Below are positions 52,620 through 60,503 of a DNA stretch of 64,000 bases, piece after piece (positions within the stretch are counted from its first letter, which is position 1; every line of letters starts with the position of its first letter). The notes under the pieces were generated by a model. It worked only from the letters and a program-made list of their open reading frames with translations. It made no database searches and was not told where the DNA came from. The stretch lies in sequence record OR637327.1; one strand, given 5' to 3'. Position numbers and translations under genes: made by a program. This stretch comes from Klebsiella phage iPHaGe-KPN-11i.

Positions 52620-54031
52620 TCACGGTAATTGTTCAGCCAATCTTTAACAATCGCGTGATGAAGAGGATCTGCAAAATCAAGTTTGTGTTTCTTCTTATAC
52701 CAGTTGAAAGCGTTTATTTCCGGCGCTGTCATTTGGAAAAGAGATTGAAACGATTTGCGTTGCCTTTTCGTTTGAACTGCTTCTGTGGTTTCGATAATGG
52801 CATCAGGAAAATATTTTTCCTTCATGTATTTCGCTAACCGCATATCAGGCACAAATAAATTAATCTTTCGTTTGCTGTTGTTGTGTCGGATATCAGAACG
52901 AGCACATAACTGAAAGGCTGGTTCGTAATATTTACTGACAACATAAGCATCAACTAATTCTTCCTCTTCAAGTCCAGAGGACACCGCAACCGCTCGCAAC
53001 ATTTGACGAAGCCAGGGTAACGGGTTGTAACTGAATAATGCCACCACGTTAGTATAACTTGAATAGAAGTTCAATCCATGCGAGTTATACGGGATTTCCT
53101 GCCCCTCGCTAAACTTCGATCTGTATGTGTTGGTGCAATAGATGAACTGTTCGCCCCCTAAAAGCGCCTCCACGCGTTTTTTAATCTGAGTGTATACTGT
53201 CGTCCCAGATTGAGAGAGATCGCCCGTATAACGCGAATAATCCCCCTCTGCGAGCACATGTATATGTATGCGCCCAGTGTTTTTGTATTGCTTAAAGTCA
53301 ACCAGCTTTTGAAGCGGTGAATCTTTGAACTCCACATCATGAAACGTTTGCAGGATCTTCCCTGTAATTGTGTCTTTGATGTTGGATGAAGCAATGGTTA
53401 CATTTTTGAACTTCCACTGGCTTACGTCATGATCCTCTACGAAGTAACAGACATATCCCGAATCGCTACATTGCATCTTCACCGGAATAGCCCCTAACAG
53501 AGCACGGTAAAGCGGGAACATCTTCATTGCGATATCATCACGTTTACGAAGACCATCATAGGCTAATCGTGTAACCAGTTCTCGTTTTTCTTCGTCAAGT
53601 TTTAAATCAACGATATCATCGGCATTGCAACTAAACGGCAAGCAAATCTCGCGTATGTGCTTGATATTGCTATTAAATCGCAGACTTTCGAACGCAACCA
53701 AATCAGGAACTTCGTCAATGTACAGGGAAAAATCCTTATACAAATCAAAGTCATCAATGTTTTTGAGTGCTGCATGAGTGATAAAGATCACATCATAATC
53801 TTTGACAACCTCACGCAGCGAGTCATTGTTGGTTCTTTTGGTTCGGTGATCCGTGTCCACAATCACCGCTCGTTTCCCTTTTACCTGGTTGATGTAGTAG
53901 TCATAAGACTGTTTTGATAACATCATGGAAATCGATGCGATGATTGCTTTTTCGCCCGTTTGATTGATATGGTTCAGAATCGCCTTTGTTTTACCACTTG
54001 ACGGAACACATTCAATCGTATTAAAGATCAT
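52604..54031 (-). CDS. P-loop NTPase, possibly an SF1-type helicase (475 aa)
   Basis: Walker A VPSSGKTKA at aa 9-17; motif-Ia-like VIFITHAAL at about aa 85; Walker B / DExx LYIDEVPD at about aa 105. No T4 counterpart recognised at this position. Confidence 0.45.
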   Translation of the reverse strand: MIFNTIECVPSSGKTKAILNHINQTGEKAIIASISMMLSKQSYDYYINQVKGKRAVIVDTDHRTKRTNNDSLREVVKDYDVIFITHAALKNIDDFDLYKDFSLYIDEVPDLVAFESLRFNSNIKHIREICLPFSCNADDIVDLKLDEEKRELVTRLAYDGLRKRDDIAMKMFPLYRALLGAIPVKMQCSDSGYVCYFVEDHDVSQWKFKNVTIASSNIKDTITGKILQTFHDVEFKDSPLQKLVDFKQYKNTGRIHIHVLAEGDYSRYTGDLSQSGTTVYTQIKKRVEALLGGEQFIYCTNTYRSKFSEGQEIPYNSHGLNFYSSYTNVVALFSYNPLPWLRQMLRAVAVSSGLEEEELVDAYVVSKYYEPAFQLCARSDIRHNNSKRKINLFVPDMRLAKYMKEKYFPDAIIETTEAVQTKRQRKSFQSLFQMTAPEINAFNWYKKKHKLDFADPLHHAIVKDWLNNYREKKAT

Positions 54032-54366
54032 TTATTCTTAGCGTATTTCTTCTGGTATTTCTTGATTGCTTCGTCGGTAATCTGTTTAGGCATTTGACGC
54101 GGTTTCTTCGGTTTCAGTGGTTCGACACCGAAGATTTCAACGCCGTAATGTTTCAGCATCATTGCAACGATTTCCTGACGAATGAAGTTGCGGCTAACCT
54201 TTTCAGGGAATTGATCTTTAATCTGCTTATGAAGACGATCTTCGAGCGCGTCCAGGTGAGTAGGAGTGATGATCGCGGTGTTATCGCGTTCAACGAATTT
54301 CTCCATGTATTCCATCGTTTCAGCATGAACAGCATTTGCAGCAGGGAGTAAAATTTCACGGCTCAT
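54028..54366 (-). CDS. hypothetical protein (112 aa), translationally coupled to the NTPase
   Basis: ATGA overlap with the downstream 475-aa gene. Lysine-rich C-terminus. Confidence 0.45.
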   Translation of the reverse strand: MSREILLPAANAVHAETMEYMEKFVERDNTAIITPTHLDALEDRLHKQIKDQFPEKVSRNFIRQEIVAMMLKHYGVEIFGVEPLKPKKPRQMPKQITDEAIKKYQKKYAKNK

Positions 54367-54645
54367 TTAATCACCAATAAGTTGTTTCAGTTGCAGATAA
54401 CCGCCGATAAGTTTGTTATCGACAAAAATACGCGGGTATTGAAACGCTAAACTACGTTGCCTTACCCGTTTTGCTAACTCTTCGATACGTGGGCGATCGT
54501 ATTCAAAGCCCAGATCGTTTTTTGCTTCTTTCAGAACGGGATAAAATGTATATTCTATCCCTTTTTCTGTCAACAGCTTTTGTGCTTGTATGCACCCGTA
54601 GCAGTTATGAAGACTTTCTGGAATGCCGTAGATTTCGACTTTCAT
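54367..54645 (-). CDS. glutaredoxin-like redoxin (NrdH-like), 92 aa
   Basis: MKVEIYGIPESLHNCYGCIQAQKLL; CxxC near the N-terminus of a Trx-fold-sized protein. Confidence 0.6.
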   Translation of the reverse strand: MKVEIYGIPESLHNCYGCIQAQKLLTEKGIEYTFYPVLKEAKNDLGFEYDRPRIEELAKRVRQRSLAFQYPRIFVDNKLIGGYLQLKQLIGD

Positions 54646-55339
54646 TCTTCTTTCCGTATGGTTTGAGATCCTGCAAAATACGCTTTTTCTCTTTGCCTAA
54701 CAGTTTTTCGATATTCTCAACAGCGGTTAACTGAGTGTGCAGATCGAACAGGTTCGCAATCTGGTCTTCCTGCATTTTCAGTTCTGATTCCATGTTGATT
54801 TGATAGATGCTACCACCACTAAACACATGTTGCAAGGCGAAACGAAGCATTGCATCAGATTTACGTACAGGCATCGGTGCGATGCTCAACGTTTCCAGGT
54901 TAGCCCCGAATGATGGATCGATGCGGAGATCGCGCAGAGGATTTTCCTGTACAGGGCGATACGTGAATTTAGGGATATCCATCAGACACAGATCCGAACC
55001 AGTGACACCAGCGGAAACCTCTTCGGGCGTTGCAATACGCATAACGTTTTCAGCCTCTACACCTTTACCCAGATTAACTTCTTCTGGTTCTTCTGAGGTG
55101 AATTCACCATCTTCCTGCGTTACTTCCTTGAACCATTTCCATAGTGATGCAGGGAGTTCATATTCGTAACCACCGTCCATGATAAACGCGCGGTCTTCGA
55201 ACTCACCGATCGAGGTGCGATCAATCGTCACGTAACCTTTTTCACGAATGATGTTTGCGATACCTGTTTTCCAGGTTTTCTCTGCAAAGATTTCAGGGGA
55301 TACGGTTAAACCGTAAGTTTTTCCAGCGAATAATTCCAT
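54605..55339 (-). CDS. hypothetical protein (244 aa)
   Basis: ATG at 55339 (MELFAGKTYGL...) after SD GAGGT. The ORF track's 55456 start lies upstream of a terminator-like hairpin. Confidence 0.45.
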   Translation of the reverse strand: MELFAGKTYGLTVSPEIFAEKTWKTGIANIIREKGYVTIDRTSIGEFEDRAFIMDGGYEYELPASLWKWFKEVTQEDGEFTSEEPEEVNLGKGVEAENVMRIATPEEVSAGVTGSDLCLMDIPKFTYRPVQENPLRDLRIDPSFGANLETLSIAPMPVRKSDAMLRFALQHVFSGGSIYQINMESELKMQEDQIANLFDLHTQLTAVENIEKLLGKEKKRILQDLKPYGKKNESRNLRHSRKSS

Positions 55340-55388
55340 GATTACCTCAAATAAAAAAGGGGATGCCCGTAAGCACCCCCGAATTATA

Positions 55389-56342
55389 TTACTTACGTGC
55401 AAGTTTTGCAAGTTTTGCAGCGGCTTCGCGAACTGCGCGAGCTTTCTGTGTGACAACTTCGATCGCTTTCTGGTGTTCTGCCAGTGCGTCTTCTACTGCC
55501 TGTGCAGCAGCGATGACCAGTTGATCGTGTTGCTGTTTGGAAATATCAACCGCCTGAACTGCTGGAGTGTTTGCCGGATTACCAGTACCCAGTTCACGGA
55601 AGAATTTACGCTCACGGTGCATCACAAACGGGAGGCTACGTTCTTGCGTGATTGTCGCGTCACCGTCGCCGTCAACATTCGAAAACACCAGAACACCGTT
55701 GTTGTTTTTGATGTGTTGCACAATGCGTTTGTTCGCAGTGTGAGAGCGCAGGAAACCTGGTTCATCTAACAGAACATACGGACGGTCGGCAACAAAACAA
55801 CCAGGCATCGCTTCTACGAGCGCTGGCTGTGGTGCAGCAGGTTTAGCAACAGACGGTTCGGTTACTGCCGGAGCGAGGTTAACACCACCATCCAGTTCAG
55901 AATCCAGATCCGGTTTCGCTGGTGCAGGTGCAACAGACGGTTTGCCTACTGGTTTTGGCTTTTTAGCGCGTTTTGGCGCTGGGGCTTTAGCCGGAGCAAC
56001 TTCTGTGAAGTATTTCGCTTCCCATGCACGAAGGGTGTTCATAGCGACACCTGCTGGAGCATTGAAGGTGTAACGATCACCATCACGCATTGTGATGCTT
56101 ACAACACCGTTCATGAATTTGTTGATCTGTTGCGCCTGGATGCGGTTAGCAACGTTTTTGCCGTTATCGGTGAAACCTTCGACATCAACCAGCTTGTAAT
56201 CTTTACCAGTTTCGAAGCGGGTTTCTTTGGTTCTCACCGTCCACGGATGTGAACCGCTTCCTTTGGTGATGTTTTTCAGTGGGATCGACCACTTCCAGCA
56301 ATAGTCACGGGCTTCTTTACGGGTTTTGAAATTCAGAATCAT
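55389..56342 (-). CDS. hypothetical protein with an Ala/Pro/Lys-rich linker (317 aa)
   Basis: MILNFKTRKEARDYCWKW...; central APAKAPAPKRAKKPKPVGKPSVAPAPAKP; C-terminal Ala-rich helix. Confidence 0.45.
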   Translation of the reverse strand: MILNFKTRKEARDYCWKWSIPLKNITKGSGSHPWTVRTKETRFETGKDYKLVDVEGFTDNGKNVANRIQAQQINKFMNGVVSITMRDGDRYTFNAPAGVAMNTLRAWEAKYFTEVAPAKAPAPKRAKKPKPVGKPSVAPAPAKPDLDSELDGGVNLAPAVTEPSVAKPAAPQPALVEAMPGCFVADRPYVLLDEPGFLRSHTANKRIVQHIKNNNGVLVFSNVDGDGDATITQERSLPFVMHRERKFFRELGTGNPANTPAVQAVDISKQQHDQLVIAAAQAVEDALAEHQKAIEVVTQKARAVREAAAKLAKLARK

Positions 56343-56346
56343 GGTA

Positions 56347-56508
56347 TTATCTCTCATAGAGGGCTTGCAATTTAGTAACAAATTCATCTTTGCTACGGGC
56401 TTTGATTACAACTTCCAGACGAGATTTGGCTTCTGCTTTTGCAGCGCCCAAACTCCAACCATACACATCAACCAGTTCACAGATTTCTTTGATGATTGCG
56501 TTTTTCAT
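56347..56508 (-). CDS. small hypothetical protein (about 53 aa)
   Basis: MKNAIIKEICELVDVYGW... between nrdG and the 317-aa gene. Confidence 0.35.
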   Translation of the reverse strand: MKNAIIKEICELVDVYGWSLGAAKAEAKSRLEVVIKARSKDEFVTKLQALYER

Positions 56509-56564
56509 TTTCTCGTCCTCAAGTTTGTTTCGATGTGGATATCTTAACAGAACTACCAACCAGG

Positions 56565-57056
56565 TCAAGCGATATTTTTAATTTCGATGGAATTCTTTTT
56601 GAACTCAATCATTCGCTGATTATCCGAACCGCGAAACGGTTTCTTAGTCGGTAGATCCTTTTCGTACCGTCCATCGATCAGAACATCAATGAATGGTAGC
56701 AGCTTAGAGCGTTCTGTATCGCCCTGTAAGGCTTCGAGGGTGTAACCCGTCCAAATCCACACATCTTTATCAGGGAACGTCGCACGGACGCGCTGGAGCA
56801 GTTTTAAGAGCGTTGGATGATTGGTGCGGTAAAACGGATCGCCGCCTGTAAGCGTCAACCCGTCCACATGGGGATTTGAAAGGAGTTTAATCAACTCGTT
56901 TTCAGTCTCTTCGGTATATGGTGTACCGTTGCGGGGATTCCATGTACTACGGTTATAGCAACCTTCGCATTTATGATTGCAGCCAGTGACAAACAACACT
57001 ACACGGATTCCTTTACCGTTAACCACATCCATGTTATAGATGCGGTCAAAGTTCAT
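56565..57056 (-). CDS. nrdG: anaerobic ribonucleotide reductase activating protein NrdG (radical SAM)
   Basis: CNHKCEGCYN radical-SAM cysteine cluster and GGDP; 163 aa. Confidence 0.85.
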   Translation of the reverse strand: MNFDRIYNMDVVNGKGIRVVLFVTGCNHKCEGCYNRSTWNPRNGTPYTEETENELIKLLSNPHVDGLTLTGGDPFYRTNHPTLLKLLQRVRATFPDKDVWIWTGYTLEALQGDTERSKLLPFIDVLIDGRYEKDLPTKKPFRGSDNQRMIEFKKNSIEIKNIA

Positions 57057-57114
57057 CAGCCTTTCTCCCCTGGGAACAGATTGTTCAGCGCTTGGGTATC
57101 TAATTTCATTTGAA

Positions 57115-57309
57115 TCATTTTATAGTGCCTTTCTTCTCAAGGACCAGTTCTTTGATCCTTTCCACGATTACGGCGTATTCCCAGTTGGCTAACTTCTGGG
57201 TATCACACCACTGTTGAAAATCCTTCATTGCTTTTACGTGACCTTCTTTCCAGTAAGTCACCGCGATTTCGTTGCAAAGATTTTCAGTAGCAGTATTTTT
57301 GATTTTCAT
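57115..57309 (-). CDS. hypothetical protein (64 aa)
   Basis: ORF only. Confidence 0.35.
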   Translation of the reverse strand: MKIKNTATENLCNEIAVTYWKEGHVKAMKDFQQWCDTQKLANWEYAVIVERIKELVLEKKGTIK

Positions 57310-57368
57310 GATTTAGCCCCTATAGTTTGTTGTCTACAGGGGCATATTATAACATCATGCGTCGTCCG

Positions 57369-57638
57369 TCAACTCTTTTTGAATCCGACATAATACGCAT
57401 CAGATCCATTCCATGTGGAGGCGTTAACGCTACCCAACAGAACACGACAAGGCATATTATTATGCGCAGACTCTACAACCTGGGAGACTGAATCCAGCGG
57501 ATTGCTACCAGACACCCAGCGGAGCAGATGACGATCATCACCGTTAATCGGATCAACGAATTCAAAGCTGATACCGTTTTCAATCAGTTCGTGCAGAAGA
57601 AAGTTTATCGCTTTGCATTGCGCTTTGTTGATCAGCAT
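57369..57638 (-). CDS. hypothetical protein (89 aa)
   Basis: ORF overlapping the upstream gene by 7 nt. Confidence 0.4.
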   Translation of the reverse strand: MLINKAQCKAINFLLHELIENGISFEFVDPINGDDRHLLRWVSGSNPLDSVSQVVESAHNNMPCRVLLGSVNASTWNGSDAYYVGFKKS

Positions 57639-58579
57639 AAATCACCTACCAGATCTTTATCAATTTTGGTGTATGTGAGCGCCGGATCATACTTCTCCAG
57701 CACGTTCTTTTTGCACGAATGGATGAATTTTTCCATTGCGCGGGCTTTCATCAACACTTTGAAATCTTCACCAAAGCATTGTTTGACTGTGGGAATTGCA
57801 CGAGCCGCTTTGTCACAATCAATGATCAGCTTGTATTCGCCTTGTGTTGTGGCGACTACCATTGAAATCAGAACACAACCATCAAATCCTTTTTCATTGA
57901 TTTTATGGAAGTTCAGCTTATCCGTAGTGCTTGCCAGGTTCGCATAACGATCCCCGCGAATGTTACCCGGAGAACTATACCGAGAAACGTTGATTGAAGG
58001 AATACGAATATCTTCAACGATATCACATGACGCAACAGCTTCAACGAAATCAAGAATTCTGGTCGCTTTGATGACATGCGCCTTAAACGAACCGACTTCT
58101 AACTCATATTCATCTTTCCAGCCTGAATAGTAGTCAACAGCAGGGCTAATCGCTTTCATGAGCGCTTCGGGAATGTCAATGTGCCATAACTGTTCTGCGT
58201 ACTGTTTGCGCCAGTCTGGATACGTTTTACGTGCTGGTTTGAATGCACTACCGCCGTCTTCGAACATCATTTCTTTCCTCTCTTTTTCGTAAATGTCGTA
58301 CACACTTCTTCGTTCGTAAGCGTCTTTTAGGTTGCTGTTTACTATACTATCATGCGTCAGTTCTTCGCAATACTTTTTATCCCATTCAGAACACGCATGA
58401 TCAACCATTTCCTGAAAAACGCGCTGTGGAACATTCCCATCCACAAGAATCCTCAATAAGCGATCAGTATCATCATTCGGTAAAGTATGAAAGTTTTTAG
58501 GAAGTTTAACATAGAAGTTTCTCGCACGAGAAATCAACCATTCTTCACCGCGATCACGTTCAATAGTGTAATCGTACAT
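57632..58579 (-). CDS. hypothetical protein (315 aa)
   Basis: ATG immediately after the terminator T-run at 58584-58604. Confidence 0.45.
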   Translation of the reverse strand: MYDYTIERDRGEEWLISRARNFYVKLPKNFHTLPNDDTDRLLRILVDGNVPQRVFQEMVDHACSEWDKKYCEELTHDSIVNSNLKDAYERRSVYDIYEKERKEMMFEDGGSAFKPARKTYPDWRKQYAEQLWHIDIPEALMKAISPAVDYYSGWKDEYELEVGSFKAHVIKATRILDFVEAVASCDIVEDIRIPSINVSRYSSPGNIRGDRYANLASTTDKLNFHKINEKGFDGCVLISMVVATTQGEYKLIIDCDKAARAIPTVKQCFGEDFKVLMKARAMEKFIHSCKKNVLEKYDPALTYTKIDKDLVGDLC

Positions 58580-58583
58580 AGCA

Positions 58584-58604
58584 AAAAAGGGGCTTTCGCC
58601 CCTT
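58584..58604 (-). terminator. intrinsic terminator after the PspA-like gene
   Basis: Minus-strand AAGGGGCGAAAGCCCCTT followed by TTTTTT. Confidence 0.55.
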
Positions 58605-58608
58605 CCTC

Positions 58609-59205
58609 TTATTTCGCGTTCAGGGAGTCGATGTAAGCGCTAACGTCAGCGGAGGTTACAGAAGCGGCATTTTTGCCACCCAGCAACACATCAATCTTCG
58701 TCACGATGGTATCGACGCTTACGGAGGTGTGGCCTACAGCGGCGATCACGTCTTCCGGTACAGTCAGACCCAGACTTTCGGTTTGCTTGTTCAGTTCGAT
58801 GATCTCCAGGTTGATTTTGACATCAGCCAGTTTGCGATCCAGTTCGACGACAGAGAGATCAATCTCTTTGTTCATCCCTTCCAGTTCTTCGATCTTCGTC
58901 TGCAAGCCCTGCCAGATGTTACGATGTTGCAGCGCCAGCACATAATGACTGTTGGACACTTCCTGCCCCGCCGCCAGCAGTTTTTTGATCTCCGACTCTT
59001 TACCAGTGTGAAGGTCTTTGTGTTCTTTGACTTTCTTTTTCAACTTCACGATTTCCTGAACAGCAGAAACGCGAGTATGTTGCAGACGGTCGATCTCTTT
59101 GATCAGGATACGTGCAGCACTGCGCCAGGCTTCTTCTGGGGAAGTGTTTTGTTCAATTGCAGTTTCAACTTTACCAGTCACGAATGCTACGATTTTCTTG
59201 AACAT
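58609..59205 (-). CDS. PspA/IM30 (Vipp1/ESCRT-III-like) family coiled-coil protein (198 aa)
   Basis: MFKKIVAFVTGKVETAIEQNTSPEEAWRSAARILIKEI... followed by long heptad coiled coil; same N-terminal architecture as PspA ([28 protein letters not shown]...). Confidence 0.55.
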   Translation of the reverse strand: MFKKIVAFVTGKVETAIEQNTSPEEAWRSAARILIKEIDRLQHTRVSAVQEIVKLKKKVKEHKDLHTGKESEIKKLLAAGQEVSNSHYVLALQHRNIWQGLQTKIEELEGMNKEIDLSVVELDRKLADVKINLEIIELNKQTESLGLTVPEDVIAAVGHTSVSVDTIVTKIDVLLGGKNAASVTSADVSAYIDSLNAK

Positions 59206-59214
59206 AATTTTACC

Positions 59215-59715
59215 TTATTTTATTTCAAATTGATTGGTGAACCATTCAGGGGCTTTAACAACTTTCCCCTCTCTGATATAACCGATTTTACATAGTTCGT
59301 TGGTCAAGTCAAGTCTTTTTCCACCCACCATGTAAAATTTTAATCTGCTTACTGGGATCACCGGACGGATAACGTCACGATAGCCAAAATTCGAGCTACG
59401 CACCACTATAGAGAGCATACGCAAACGGTTGATACATCCGGTATACGAACGCCCAGTAGCGCGGGAGAAGTCCTCCAGCGTAACGCCAGGGGCAATAGCA
59501 CCTATCAGATCAAGATAATCCTTTTCAACCCAGAACCGCCCGACAGAACATTTCGATACACCCTCAGCCATTTTTGCGTTTGGGTGTTTCTCGTCTTCGC
59601 GCTTCTTCTTGTCCTCAAGGAACTTATTGAACCGGATTTCTTCGAGTCGGTTTTCTCTTTCTACCCGTGCGCGTACACGGGAGGGAAACAGAGTATCAAG
59701 GATTTTCCCGATCAT
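59215..59715 (-). CDS. hypothetical protein (166 aa)
   Basis: ORF with a basic N-terminus. Confidence 0.45.
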   Translation of the reverse strand: MIGKILDTLFPSRVRARVERENRLEEIRFNKFLEDKKKREDEKHPNAKMAEGVSKCSVGRFWVEKDYLDLIGAIAPGVTLEDFSRATGRSYTGCINRLRMLSIVVRSSNFGYRDVIRPVIPVSRLKFYMVGGKRLDLTNELCKIGYIREGKVVKAPEWFTNQFEIK

Positions 59716-59954
59716 ATCGTTGGCTTTCCGTTTGGTAGTTTCAGATCGAAAGGAACGTTCACAGGTCGGACGGTTTCTAATTGGAGATATTGTTCCATCC
59801 CCACACGCTTACCACCTACTTTGTTATAACGAATGTTCTTTCCGTCATAGCCTACAGCCTGTGAAATGTAGTAGTGTTTAGTTTCGCGTAAACACTCCAT
59901 CCATTCTTGTGTTCCGGTTTTGTTGCGTACCCGCGCCTTTAATGGAAACATCAT
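59712..59954 (-). CDS. hypothetical protein (80 aa)
   Basis: ATGA overlaps on both sides. Confidence 0.4.
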   Translation of the reverse strand: MMFPLKARVRNKTGTQEWMECLRETKHYYISQAVGYDGKNIRYNKVGGKRVGMEQYLQLETVRPVNVPFDLKLPNGKPTI

Positions 59955-60439
59955 TCACCCCGTAGAACTTTCAGTTCACCAGACAAACGCTGTAGATTGG
60001 CGGTTGCAGTATCGTAACGTTTTTCGGTGTCTTTCAGGGTAGTTTCCCGCGCCTTACGCAAGAATTTTTCCAGATCACCTGGTTTCGTCACCAGCTTACC
60101 ATCTACGTAAATTCGTCCCAGCAGGTGAGAACAATCCAGCAGTTGTTGCGCGTCGGCTTTTTCAACAGCAGGTTTAAGCGCGACAAACTTTTTAAAGAAT
60201 CCGCGATCCTCGTTATCAAACAGATACGAATCTTCGGAATACCATGTTGTGCCATTGGCATCAACGATCCCATTAACACCTTTCCGATCGCAGTGCGTTA
60301 CCTTAATCGGAAACACAACAGATGAAAGTTGATTAGGCGATAGAGGACTACCACGCAAAGCTAAATTGCGATACACAGTCCCAAAACTTTCTTCATCGCG
60401 AAATTCAAAATAGTCTTTTGTCCAGTACATCATTTTCAA
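59951..60439 (-). CDS. hypothetical protein (162 aa)
   Basis: First gene downstream of the minus-strand PeSL at 60453-60481. Confidence 0.45.
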   Translation of the reverse strand: MKMMYWTKDYFEFRDEESFGTVYRNLALRGSPLSPNQLSSVVFPIKVTHCDRKGVNGIVDANGTTWYSEDSYLFDNEDRGFFKKFVALKPAVEKADAQQLLDCSHLLGRIYVDGKLVTKPGDLEKFLRKARETTLKDTEKRYDTATANLQRLSGELKVLRGE

Positions 60440-60452
60440 TACCTCATAGTTT

Positions 60453-60481
60453 CGTTATGTGCAATATAACAAAAGCCCCTC
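60453..60481 (-). promoter_or_regulatory. PeSL-like element (minus strand) TTGCGA-N17-TATATT in a terminator hairpin after nrdD
   Basis: Minus strand: AAAAAGCCCCTTGCGAAAGTGAGGGGCTTTTGTTATATTGC. Confidence 0.5.
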
Positions 60482-60503
60482 ACTTTCGCAAGGGGCTTTT
60501 TGA

